Shown piece after piece: positions 25,887 through 34,701 of a DNA stretch of 44,518 nucleotides. The translations under genes were made by a program, and so were the position numbers. Source of the stretch: a bacterium (GTDB lineage: Bacteria > Patescibacteriota > Minisyncoccia > Phycocordibacterales > UBA9973); NCBI GenBank assembly GCA_037140655.1, contig JBAXEA010000001.1, positions 1-44,518 of the forward strand. The letters run 5' to 3'. Within the stretch, counting starts at the first letter, position 1; each line of letters opens with the position of its first letter. Below the pieces are notes generated by a model that ran no database searches, was not told the DNA's origin, and was given only the letters and a program-made list of their open reading frames with translations.

Positions 25887-25930
25887 GCCCTACTCCCGGT
25901 TTAGGGCTAGCCCTAAACCGGGAGTAGGGC
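25887..25930. repeat. Family-B GC-rich palindrome, copy B1 (perfect 22+22 nt)
   Basis: GCCCTACTCCCGGTTTAGGGCT|AGCCCTAAACCGGGAGTAGGGC. It lies 5 nt after the upstream stop codon. Confidence 0.8.
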
Positions 25931-25944
25931 TAAATAATAAAAAT

Positions 25945-27261
25945 ATGAAAGAAAATAACAATGAATTAATGGAAAAGATAGTGTCACTTTGTAAAAGACG
26001 AGGGTTTATTTTCCCTGGCTCTGAGATCTATGGTGGACTTGCTGGTACATATGATTGGGCACATTTTGGTTTGGCATTAAAAAATAATGTTAAACAATCA
26101 TGGTGGAAAAAGTTTGTTGATTCACGTCGTGACATGTATGGTATCGATGCTGCTATTTTGATGCGACAAGAAGTTTGGCAAAAAGCCGGTCATGTAGAAA
26201 ATTTTGCAGATCCAATGGTGGAGTGTGAAAAATGTAAAACTCGTTTCCGTACAGACCAGATTGAAGATAAAGAAAAATGTGAAAAGTGTGGTGGTAAATT
26301 AATTGAAGCTCAAAAATTTAATATGATGTTCCAGACAAAAGTCGGAGCATCAGAAGATTCTTCGGCTGTATCATACCTGCGACCAGAAACAGCTCAAGGA
26401 ATCTTTGTGAATTTTAAAAATACAGTAGATGCTTTTCATCCAAAACTTCCTTTTGGTATTGCGCAGATTGGTAAGGCTTTTCGTAATGAAATAACTCCAC
26501 GTGATTTTATTTTCCGAGTTCGAGAATTCGAGCAAATGGAAATAGAATATTTTGTCAGGAAAGATGATTGGGAAAAGTATTTTGAGTATTGGAAAGGGGA
26601 GATGCTGGATTGGATGGAAGAAGTAGGTATTGATATGAATATAGTGCATGAGATAGAAATACCAGATGGTGATCGTGCTCATTATTCTTCTCGTACAGTT
26701 GATTTTGAATTCGAATATCCATTCGGACAAAAAGAACTTTTCGGTCTAGCGTATCGAACTGATTTTGATTTGAATAATCATAAGCTTGATTATATTGATG
26801 AAGACCCTTCGGCAAGCTCAGGACAAGGGAAAATGATTCCGCATGTTATCGAACCAACTTTTGGTGTTGACCGTGCTGTTCTTGCAATTATGCTTTCTTC
26901 TTATACAGAAGACGAGAAAGACGGAGAAGTAAGATCGTATTTAAAGTTTAAACCATCGATGGCGCCAGTTATTTGTGCAGTTTCGCCACTTTTGAAAAAT
27001 AAACCAGAGCTTGTAGAATATGCAAATACTAAAGTATTTGCTCCACTGAAAGCAGAGTTTGGTAGAGTCGCTTGGGATGACAATGGCAATATCGGTAAGC
27101 GTTACCGAAGACAAGATGAGATAGGTACGCCGTTTTGTATTGTCGTAGATTTTGATACTTTGACTGATGATGCAGTCACAGTTCGTGACCGTGACACAGG
27201 TAATCAAGAGAGAGTAAAAGTTTCAGAACTAAAAAAATATATTCAAGATAAAATAAACTAA
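25945..27261 (+). CDS. glyQS: Glycyl-tRNA synthetase (alpha2 type)
   Basis: ..RGFIFPGSEIYGG.., ..LRPETAQG.., ..FRNEITPR.. and ..HVIEPTFGVDR.. are present. The start is set at MKENNNE (25945), because the TTG-initiated N-terminus translates palindrome B1. Confidence 0.95.
   Translation: MKENNNELMEKIVSLCKRRGFIFPGSEIYGGLAGTYDWAHFGLALKNNVKQSWWKKFVDSRRDMYGIDAAILMRQEVWQKAGHVENFADPMVECEKCKTRFRTDQIEDKEKCEKCGGKLIEAQKFNMMFQTKVGASEDSSAVSYLRPETAQGIFVNFKNTVDAFHPKLPFGIAQIGKAFRNEITPRDFIFRVREFEQMEIEYFVRKDDWEKYFEYWKGEMLDWMEEVGIDMNIVHEIEIPDGDRAHYSSRTVDFEFEYPFGQKELFGLAYRTDFDLNNHKLDYIDEDPSASSGQGKMIPHVIEPTFGVDRAVLAIMLSSYTEDEKDGEVRSYLKFKPSMAPVICAVSPLLKNKPELVEYANTKVFAPLKAEFGRVAWDDNGNIGKRYRRQDEIGTPFCIVVDFDTLTDDAVTVRDRDTGNQERVKVSELKKYIQDKIN
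26805..26827 (+). repeat. GC-rich 23-nt motif CCCTTCGGCAAGCTCAGGACAAG embedded in frame in glyQS
   Basis: It is 22/23 identical to the glyA copy and is translated PSASSGQ. Confidence 0.8.
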
Positions 27262-27692
27262 TGCAAAAAGGAATCGATTATCCAGCAATAACTGTTTCAT
27301 GTATTTGCCATGATGGAAATGGTAATTATTTGATGAATAAAAGAAGTACTAATTGTCGTGATGAGCATGGTAATTGGGATTTTGGTGGTGGTGGACTTGA
27401 GCTTGGAGAAACTGTTGAAGATTGCTTGAAAAAGGAAATCAAAGAAGAATTTGGGGTTGAGCCAATAAAATATGAATTTTTAGGATATATAGATATTTTT
27501 AGGAAAATGAATGAGAAAAATACTCATTGGGTTTCTTTTGAATTTTTAGTTTTAGTTGATCGGTCAAAAGTAATAAATGGTGAGCCACACAAATTCGACG
27601 AAATAGGTTGGTTTAAATTAGACAATCTTCCTAAACCTTTACATTCAGTAGCTCCGATTATTTTAGAAAGATTTAAAGATAAATTAATTTAA
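27261..27692 (+). CDS. NUDIX hydrolase
   Basis: The Nudix box is ..[25 protein letters not shown]... The start overlaps the glyQS stop. Confidence 0.85.
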   Translation: MQKGIDYPAITVSCICHDGNGNYLMNKRSTNCRDEHGNWDFGGGGLELGETVEDCLKKEIKEEFGVEPIKYEFLGYIDIFRKMNEKNTHWVSFEFLVLVDRSKVINGEPHKFDEIGWFKLDNLPKPLHSVAPIILERFKDKLI

Positions 27693-28060
27693 TGCGATTT
27701 TATTTACGATCAAAAATTCACAAAGCTACAGTTACTGAAGCAAATTTGAATTATGTGGGTAGTATCACTATTGATAAAAAACTTATTGAGAAAGCTGGCT
27801 TTCATGTTGGTGAAAAAGTTTTAGTTGTCAGTAATACTTCTGGTGCACGACTTGAAACTTACATAATAGAAGGGGAGATAAATTCTGGAGTCATTTGTAT
27901 GAATGGCGCGGCAGCACATTTAATAAAAAAGGGAGAAGAAATCATTATTATGGGTTTTGAATTATCCAATGATGATATTATTCCAGTCGCCATATTGGTG
28001 GATAAAAATAATAAATTTGTAGAATTTTTAGGAACTGAATCTCACGGAGAAATATTCTAA
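27692..28060 (+). CDS. panD: Aspartate 1-decarboxylase (pyruvoyl-dependent)
   Basis: [28 protein letters not shown].. contains the G-S self-cleavage site. ..NGAAAH.. is also present. Confidence 0.9.
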   Translation: MRFYLRSKIHKATVTEANLNYVGSITIDKKLIEKAGFHVGEKVLVVSNTSGARLETYIIEGEINSGVICMNGAAAHLIKKGEEIIIMGFELSNDDIIPVAILVDKNNKFVEFLGTESHGEIF

Positions 28061-28075
28061 TATTACCGTGAAGTA

Positions 28076-28084
28076 TGGTAGTAT
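28076..28084 (+). promoter_or_regulatory. Extended -10 box (TGgTAGTAT), 6 nt upstream of the ATG at 28091
   Basis: TGGTAGTAT-tatttt-ATG. Confidence 0.55.
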
Positions 28085-28090
28085 TATTTT

Positions 28091-29362
28091 ATGCAAAAAC
28101 CAATAAAAAAGATTTTAAATAATGGACTTAGGGTTGTGACTATTCCTATGAAAGACAATCCTACGGCGACTGTGCTTATTTTAGTAGAAACAGGTTCTAA
28201 ATATGAGGAGAAAAAGTTAAATGGTATTTCTCATTTTTTAGAGCATATGTATTTTAAGGGTACAACAAAAAGACCTAAAGCAATCGATATATCACGAGAA
28301 CTTGATTCTATCGGCTCTCAATACAATGCTTTTACATCACAAGAATATACTGGGTACTATGCGAAATCTGATGCAAAACATTTTAAACAAATCTTTGATG
28401 TAATTTCTGATATTTATTTAAATTCAACTTTTCCAGAAGCAGAAATTGAAAAAGAAAAAGGTGTTATTGTCGAAGAGATAAATATGTATGAAGATCTACC
28501 AATGCGTCATGTACAAGATATGATGATGGAACTTCTATATGGGGACCAACCAGCTGGTTGGAATATTGCCGGAGAAAAGAAAAATGTACAAGCTATGAAG
28601 CGTGATGATTTTGTTAAATATAAAGGTATGCATTATTTACCAGAATCAACTGTAATAGTAGTTTCAGGTAATGTAACTGAGAAAATGGTTTTAGCTGAAG
28701 TGAATAAAATTTTTGGAAATATAGCAAATGGTAAAAAGGTAAATAAAATAAAAACGATAGATAAACAAGAGAAACCAAATATTTTAATTAAATTTAAGGA
28801 AACAGACCAGACACATTTTGTTTTAGGAATGCGTACTTATGATTTGTTTAATAAAAAGAATTCGGTATTGTCATTATTGAGTGGAGTGTTGGGTGGGGGA
28901 ATGAGTTCCAGACTTTTCCAAAAATTACGCGAAGAGATGGGAGTCGGATATTATGTAAGAGCATACAATGACGCATATACTGATCATGGATTTTTTCAGA
29001 TTTCAGCCGGTGTAGATAACAAAAGAATTGATGAAGTTATCAAAGCTTGTTTAGATGAATGTAAAAATCTAAAAGAAAATTTAGTGAGTGACGAAGAATT
29101 AAATAAAGTAAAAGAATATTTAATGGGCAATATGAAACTTTCTCTTGAAGCTAGTGATGATATTGCAAATTTTTATGGTGGTCAAGAATTACTAAAGAAA
29201 GAAATGAAAAGTGCTGAAGAAAAAGCTGAAGAAATACGAAAAGTTACAGCTAAGCAAATAAGAGACTTAGCAAATAATATTTTTGTAAATGAAAAATTAA
29301 ATTTGGCTCTAATTGGTCCATTTAAAGACAAAAAACAATTCTCTAAGATATTGAAATTCTAG
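28091..29362 (+). CDS. M16-family (pitrilysin-like) zinc peptidase
   Basis: The inverted zinc motif HxxEH is present in ..SHFLEHMYFKGT... 423 aa. Confidence 0.85.
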   Translation: MQKPIKKILNNGLRVVTIPMKDNPTATVLILVETGSKYEEKKLNGISHFLEHMYFKGTTKRPKAIDISRELDSIGSQYNAFTSQEYTGYYAKSDAKHFKQIFDVISDIYLNSTFPEAEIEKEKGVIVEEINMYEDLPMRHVQDMMMELLYGDQPAGWNIAGEKKNVQAMKRDDFVKYKGMHYLPESTVIVVSGNVTEKMVLAEVNKIFGNIANGKKVNKIKTIDKQEKPNILIKFKETDQTHFVLGMRTYDLFNKKNSVLSLLSGVLGGGMSSRLFQKLREEMGVGYYVRAYNDAYTDHGFFQISAGVDNKRIDEVIKACLDECKNLKENLVSDEELNKVKEYLMGNMKLSLEASDDIANFYGGQELLKKEMKSAEEKAEEIRKVTAKQIRDLANNIFVNEKLNLALIGPFKDKKQFSKILKF

Positions 29363-29388
29363 GTTTAGTTTCATAGGTTTGTGTGGTT

Positions 29389-29458
29389 CCCGTAGTAGAT
29401 TTTACTAAAGTAATTTTATAAAATTACGCACTTGTGCATTAGTAAAATTCACTACGGG
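29389..29458. repeat. Family-A structured palindromic element, copy A4 (best copy)
   Basis: CCCGTAGTAGATTTTACTAA | GTAATTTTATAAAATTAC | GCACTTGTGC | TTAGTAAAATTCACTACGGG. This gives a 20-bp outer stem plus two inner hairpins. Confidence 0.85.
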
Positions 29459-29459
29459 A

Positions 29460-29468
29460 TGGTAATAT
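29460..29468 (+). promoter_or_regulatory. Extended -10 box (TGgTAATAT), 6 nt upstream of the ATG at 29475
   Basis: TGGTAATAT-atttat-ATG. The box starts 2 nt after element A4. Confidence 0.6.
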
Positions 29469-29474
29469 ATTTAT

Positions 29475-30551
29475 ATGTTTGGAAAAAGTGATACAAAATA
29501 TATTTCCATTTCGACAGGGACGATGCTTCGTTTTATGCTTGTTTTGATTGGTATTTATTTGCTTTGGTTCCTTCGGGATCTGATGCTTGTTATTATCACT
29601 TCCATAGTCATATCTTCATTTGTCGAAGCATCTATTCCACGTTTTAAAAAATTAGGCATCGGTAGAGTCTTTGGTGTGGTTATCGTATACATAACTGGCA
29701 TTCTTGTTATTGCGGGTATGTTTTATTTATTTGCACCATTACTAATAACAGAAGTTTATAATTTCTCCTCATTTTTATCTTCGTATATTCCAAATAATCC
29801 ATTTATAACTTATTTCCAAAATGATGCATTTTCTGGTGCGAAGGATATTGTCTCTGGTCTTTCACAAAATCTTTCAATGGCGACATTATTTGCTACATCA
29901 AAAGCATTTATTTCAAATTTGTCTGGTGGATTTTTCCAAACTATATCTGTAGCTTTCGGTAGTATATTTAATTTCGGACTTATCATAATGTTGTCTTTTT
30001 ATTTATCTGTTCAAGAAAAAGGAGTAGAGAATTTTTTACGAATTGTTGTTCCTCTTAAAGAAGAAGAATATGTTATAGATTTATGGCAACGTTCACGTAG
30101 AAAGATTGCTCTTTGGTTAAAGGGCCAACTTCTTTTGGGTGTGCTTATAACTATTCTTACATATTTAGTTTTATCATTACTTGGCAATCAATATTCATTA
30201 CTATTGGCTATTATTGCAGGGGTTATGGAACTTGTTCCTTATGGTATTCTGATTGCTCTTGTCCCTGCTATTTCTTTTACATATCTTTCTGCTGGATTAT
30301 CTAGTGCATTAGTTGTAGCTGGAGCATATATCATAATTCATCAATTTGAAATATTCCTATTTTCACCTTTAGTTATTCGAAAGGTTGTTGGGCTTTCACC
30401 TATAGTAGTGATATTAGCGGCTGTTATCGGTTTTGAACTAGCTAGTGTTTGGGGTCTTGTGCTTGCTATTCCTGTTGCAGTATTTTTAATGGAATTAATT
30501 AGTGATGTTGAAAAACATAAAGCTATATTTAGAACAAATGATGGAAAATAA
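29475..30551 (+). CDS. AI-2E/PerM (UPF0118) family membrane transporter
   Basis: 358 aa with about 8 TM segments. The layout and C-terminal ..MELVPYG.. block are typical of the family. Confidence 0.75.
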   Translation: MFGKSDTKYISISTGTMLRFMLVLIGIYLLWFLRDLMLVIITSIVISSFVEASIPRFKKLGIGRVFGVVIVYITGILVIAGMFYLFAPLLITEVYNFSSFLSSYIPNNPFITYFQNDAFSGAKDIVSGLSQNLSMATLFATSKAFISNLSGGFFQTISVAFGSIFNFGLIIMLSFYLSVQEKGVENFLRIVVPLKEEEYVIDLWQRSRRKIALWLKGQLLLGVLITILTYLVLSLLGNQYSLLLAIIAGVMELVPYGILIALVPAISFTYLSAGLSSALVVAGAYIIIHQFEIFLFSPLVIRKVVGLSPIVVILAAVIGFELASVWGLVLAIPVAVFLMELISDVEKHKAIFRTNDGK

Positions 30552-32040
30552 AAATTTTTACATAACTACTACATTGCCTTACGTGAATGCACCATTACAT
30601 ATGGGGCATGCTCTTGAATTTGTGCGAGCTGATAGTATTGCTCGTTATAAAAAATTGATCGGTAATGATGTGTATTTCAACACTGGAACAGATGAGCATG
30701 GATTAAAGATCTATGAACGTGCTCAAAGTCAAAATATCACGGCTCAAGAATTTGTAGACAAAGGTTTTGAAACTTTTAAAGAACAATTGAAGATGTTCGG
30801 TGTTAGTGATGATATTCATTTTATTCGTACTACAGACAAGAATCACGAAAGTGCTGCACAAGAATTTTGGAAAAGGGTAAATGATAATGGATACATATAT
30901 AAGAAAAATTACGAGACGAAGTATTGCGTCGGTTGTGAAAGTGAAAAAACTGAATCTGAATTAGAAAATGGAGAATGTCCACTTCACCCTGGAGTAGCAC
31001 TTAAAATAATCAATGAAGAAAATTACTTTTTTAAGTACTCAGCTTTTTGTGATAAGCTTTTGGAATTTTACGAAAAGAATCCAAATTTTGTTATACCTGA
31101 ATTTCGTTTTAATGAAATAAAAAGTTTTGTTAAAAATGGTTTGCAAGATTTTTCAATTTCTCGTCTAAAAGAAAAAATGCCTTGGGGTATACCTGTGCCA
31201 GGGGATGACACACAAGTGATGTATGTTTGGTTTGATGCGCTTGTGAATTATATTTCTACACTTGGTTGGCCCTTCGACAATGCTCAGGGTGAACCTAAGG
31301 AAAATTTATTTGAAAAATATTGGATAAATGGTAACCCTACACAATATTGCGGTAAAGATAACCTTCGTTTTCAGTCTGCAATGTGGCAAGCGATGCTTAT
31401 GGCAGCTGATTTACCAAATTCACATCAGATAATTATAAATGGATTTATTACTGGCGAAGGTGGCATAAGAATGTCGAAGTCACTCGGTAATGGAGTTGAC
31501 CCAAAAGATATTGTGAGTGAGTATGGTACAGATGCATTGCGATATTTTTTACTTCGGGAAGTTTCAAGCTTTGAAGACAGTCCATTTACATTGGAAAGAT
31601 TCAAAGATTCATATAATTCTGGGCTAGCAAATGGTTTAGGTAATTTGGTGAGTCGGGTTATGAGAATGGCTACAACAAATGGTATTATTTATGACGAAAA
31701 AAAATTTATTGTAGATAAATATGGTCTATCTGTGGGAGATAAGATTATTATTGATTACAGAGAAAATATAGAAAAATTTAACATAGCTAATGCAGTAGCA
31801 GATATTTGGTTAATGATTCAAGAATGCGATAAATTGATTCAATCAAACGAACCATTTAAAAAAATAAAAAATGAAGAAACAAAGGAAGAAGCAATTAATA
31901 CAATACAATTTTTACTTCATGATATAAAACAAATTGGAACATTACTTCAACCAATTATGCCAGATACATCAAAAATTATACTTGAATTGGTAATTGAAAA
32001 TAAAATGCCAGAAAAGCCTTTGTTTTTAAGAAAAGAATAA
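30541..32040 (+). CDS. metG: Methionyl-tRNA synthetase (short form)
   Basis: ..TTTLPYVNAPLHMGHALE.. is the HIGH motif and ..IRMSKSLGN.. is KMSKS. The start is at MENKNFY (30541; the ATG at 30538 is also possible), overlapping the upstream stop. Confidence 0.95.
   Translation: MENKNFYITTTLPYVNAPLHMGHALEFVRADSIARYKKLIGNDVYFNTGTDEHGLKIYERAQSQNITAQEFVDKGFETFKEQLKMFGVSDDIHFIRTTDKNHESAAQEFWKRVNDNGYIYKKNYETKYCVGCESEKTESELENGECPLHPGVALKIINEENYFFKYSAFCDKLLEFYEKNPNFVIPEFRFNEIKSFVKNGLQDFSISRLKEKMPWGIPVPGDDTQVMYVWFDALVNYISTLGWPFDNAQGEPKENLFEKYWINGNPTQYCGKDNLRFQSAMWQAMLMAADLPNSHQIIINGFITGEGGIRMSKSLGNGVDPKDIVSEYGTDALRYFLLREVSSFEDSPFTLERFKDSYNSGLANGLGNLVSRVMRMATTNGIIYDEKKFIVDKYGLSVGDKIIIDYRENIEKFNIANAVADIWLMIQECDKLIQSNEPFKKIKNEETKEEAINTIQFLLHDIKQIGTLLQPIMPDTSKIILELVIENKMPEKPLFLRKE
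31270..31292 (+). repeat. Related GC-rich motif CCCTTCGACAATGCTCAGGGTGA embedded in metG
   Basis: It shares CCCTTCG.CAA..GCTCAGGG with the glyA and glyQS copies but is read in a different frame (PFDNAQGE). Confidence 0.6.
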
Positions 32041-32043
32041 AAT

Positions 32044-32610
32044 ATGATATTGGAAACTAAAAGATTGATTTTAAGAAAACCAAAAAGAAGTGACTGGAAA
32101 GACCTTGTGGAAGGTATTGGTGATTATGATGTGGCAGAAATGTTGTTGAAAGTCCCATATCCTTATGTAAAAAAAGATGCAATAGACTATTTAAAAAAAC
32201 AGGAAAAAAGATGGAAGGCTAAAAAGAAAGATGACTATACTTTTGTGATTGAACTAAAATCTGAGAAAAAAGTTATCGGTTCAATTGGTATTCATCGAAT
32301 AGACTTCTTTTCAGGAATAGGAACAACGGGATCTTGGATTAATAAAAAATATTGGCGTAATGGATATATGACTGAAGCTAAAATCATTATTAATGATTTT
32401 GCTTTTAGTGAATTGAAATTAAGAAGATTAAATTCAGATGTGTATAAAAGCAATAAAGCATCAAATGCTACTCAATTAAAGATGGGTTACAAATTTGAAG
32501 GTATGAAAAGAAAAGCTGTTAAAAGTATGGCTTCAAATAAAATTCATTATGAAAATATTTATGGCTTATTAAAAGAAGATTGGATAAAAGCTAAAAAGAA
32601 ATTTAAATAA
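32044..32610 (+). CDS. GNAT-family N-acetyltransferase (RimJ/RimL-like)
   Basis: The N-terminal ..LETKRLILRKPKRSDW.. and ..WRNGYMTEA.. blocks are typical of the family. Confidence 0.8.
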   Translation: MILETKRLILRKPKRSDWKDLVEGIGDYDVAEMLLKVPYPYVKKDAIDYLKKQEKRWKAKKKDDYTFVIELKSEKKVIGSIGIHRIDFFSGIGTTGSWINKKYWRNGYMTEAKIIINDFAFSELKLRRLNSDVYKSNKASNATQLKMGYKFEGMKRKAVKSMASNKIHYENIYGLLKEDWIKAKKKFK

Positions 32611-32611
32611 T

Positions 32612-33466
32612 ATGCCGAAATATTTTGACACACATACACATGTAAACTTTAGAGCCTTTGATGAAGACAGAGAGGCTGTGATAGCACGTGCACTCGACAA
32701 TGACACTTGGATGATAAATGTCGGTACTCAGATAGACACATCACGTAGTGCTGTAGAGCTCGCACATAAGTATGCTGAGGGTGTGTATGCAGTTATAGGT
32801 CTTCACCCGATTCATACAGAAAAATCGCACCATGATGAGCAGGAGCTTGGTGAGGGTGGTAAGGAATTCACATCTCGTGGAGAAATTTTTGATAAAGATA
32901 TTTACCGAGAACTTTTGAAAGATGATAAGGTGGTAGCCATAGGCGAATGTGGCCTTGATTATTATCATATGGATGAAGAATCAATCGAAAAGCAAAAGAA
33001 AACATTTATCGAGCAAATTGAGCTTGCGAATGAAATAGGTAAGCCTTTGATGATCCACACACGGAATTCTTCTACGGATAAAACTCACAATGTGTATTTT
33101 GATGTATGGGAAATATTGAAAAAATTTCCAAACGTGAAAGGAGTTTTTCATTTCTTTGCCGGTAGTGTGGAAGATATGAAAAGATTAGTGGATATTGGTT
33201 ATTATATTTCTTTTGCTGGACCGATTACTTATAAGCCTAAAATAGAAATTTGTGATTACATAGCAGTCATAAAAGAAACTCCATCAGATAGAATTCTCAC
33301 AGATACTGATGCACCGTATGTGGCTCCTGTGCCATATCGTGGAAAACGTAATGAACCTGTGTATGTAAAAGAAATTGTGAAAAAGATTGCAGAGATAAAA
33401 AATATCCCAGAGGAAGAAATGGCAAAAATAATAGTAGAAAATACTAAAAGAATTTTTAAAATATAA
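32612..33466 (+). CDS. TatD-family metal-dependent hydrolase/DNase
   Basis: ..YFDTHTHVNF.., ..AIGECGLDY.. and ..TDAPY.. motifs are present. Confidence 0.9.
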   Translation: MPKYFDTHTHVNFRAFDEDREAVIARALDNDTWMINVGTQIDTSRSAVELAHKYAEGVYAVIGLHPIHTEKSHHDEQELGEGGKEFTSRGEIFDKDIYRELLKDDKVVAIGECGLDYYHMDEESIEKQKKTFIEQIELANEIGKPLMIHTRNSSTDKTHNVYFDVWEILKKFPNVKGVFHFFAGSVEDMKRLVDIGYYISFAGPITYKPKIEICDYIAVIKETPSDRILTDTDAPYVAPVPYRGKRNEPVYVKEIVKKIAEIKNIPEEEMAKIIVENTKRIFKI

Positions 33467-33486
33467 AAAAATAAAATAAAAACTTT

Positions 33487-33524
33487 CAGTTGGACTAAAT
33501 TTGTGGTCTAGTTGTGTTTTTTTT
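33487..33524 (+). terminator. Weak candidate terminator after tatD
   Basis: CAGTTGGAC-(10 nt)-GTCTAGTTG forms a 9-bp stem including 3 G-U pairs, followed by TGTTTTTTTT. Confidence 0.4.
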
Positions 33525-33579
33525 GATTTAAGAAAGCTTATATGTTATTTTTAAATAATACTTTTACTTAAAAATAAGA

Positions 33580-34698
33580 ATGGATAAAAATAAATTTAAC
33601 AAAATTGAAAAAAGACAACTAACAGAGCAATTAAATGATGCGAACCTACGCTTAAAAAATATAATAGAGAGCACTGATGTCGGGACATGGGAATGGAACA
33701 TCAAAACCGGAGAAATGGTTTTCAGTGATAAGTGGGCAGAAATTTTAGGGTATCCTATTTCTGACATAGGACCAAATAATATACAAACATTGGAAAAAAT
33801 ATCTCATCCAGATGACTTCGCTAAAGCATCTGCACTTATAAAGCAACACATTGCAGGTGAGTTGCCTTACTACAAGCATGAAAATAGAGTTAAACATAAA
33901 CATGGTCATTGGGTTTGGGTATGTGAAAGAGGTTGTGTAGCCAGTTTTGATGAAGATGGAAATCCATTGACTATGTTTGGTACGCATACAGACATAACAA
34001 AGAGAAAACAAATAGAACAGGCACTCGAAAACTATATAAACACTTTAAACCATGATTTACGAAGTCCTTTAGCTATCATCATCGGCTATTCGAGTTTTCT
34101 GCTAGATGAAAGTTTGTCACCAGAAGAGATAAAAAAGTTTGCGATGATCATAAATAGTACTGGAAAGAAAATGCTAAAGATGATGGAAAGTTATTTACTC
34201 TTAGCAAAGATTGAAAAGGGGCAAGATATCTTGGGAAAGAAACCAAAAACAGTAGTAGAAGTAATGGAAGGAGTAAAAAGAATTTTCTCAGATATTAAAG
34301 GTAGTAAAAAAATAAATGTTCACTTGAAAGATTTGGAGAATAAGCCCGTTGATTCTGGTTTGATGAAAAAAACTATTTTAATAGATGAAATTCTTTTTGA
34401 TTCATTAGTTGATAATTTACTTCGTAATGCAGTCGATGCGTCTGCTGAAAGTGATGGAGAAGTTTCTGTAAATATCTTTCAAGATAATGATTTTCTTCGT
34501 TTGAGTTTTTTTAATAAAGGAGAAATTTCAAAAGAAATACAAAAAAGATTGTTTAAAAAATTCATAAGTAATAAAAAAAATGGAACAGGTATAGGGCTGT
34601 ATAGTGTGAAGCTGATAGCTCGTGCTCACGGGGGAGACATACAATATCAATCAGTTCCAGGAGGAACAAGATTTATAGTAAAAGTTCCTTTTGACTAA
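33580..34698 (+). CDS. Cytoplasmic PAS-domain sensor histidine kinase
   Basis: No TM segment. The PAS region is ..GTWEWNIKTGEMVFSDKWAEILGY..HPDD... The H-box is ..LNHDLRSPL.., the N-box is ..LLRNAVDA.. and the G2 box is ..GTGIGL... Confidence 0.85.
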   Translation: MDKNKFNKIEKRQLTEQLNDANLRLKNIIESTDVGTWEWNIKTGEMVFSDKWAEILGYPISDIGPNNIQTLEKISHPDDFAKASALIKQHIAGELPYYKHENRVKHKHGHWVWVCERGCVASFDEDGNPLTMFGTHTDITKRKQIEQALENYINTLNHDLRSPLAIIIGYSSFLLDESLSPEEIKKFAMIINSTGKKMLKMMESYLLLAKIEKGQDILGKKPKTVVEVMEGVKRIFSDIKGSKKINVHLKDLENKPVDSGLMKKTILIDEILFDSLVDNLLRNAVDASAESDGEVSVNIFQDNDFLRLSFFNKGEISKEIQKRLFKKFISNKKNGTGIGLYSVKLIARAHGGDIQYQSVPGGTRFIVKVPFD

Positions 34699-34701
34699 AT
34701 A

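Noticed and set aside
29389-29458. Family-A elements as tRNA or tRNA-like genes (about 70 nt, three-way-junction shape).
   Set aside because: The outer stem is 15-20 bp rather than a 7-bp acceptor stem. There is no T-loop GTTCRA or D-loop consensus, and no anticodon-arm geometry.
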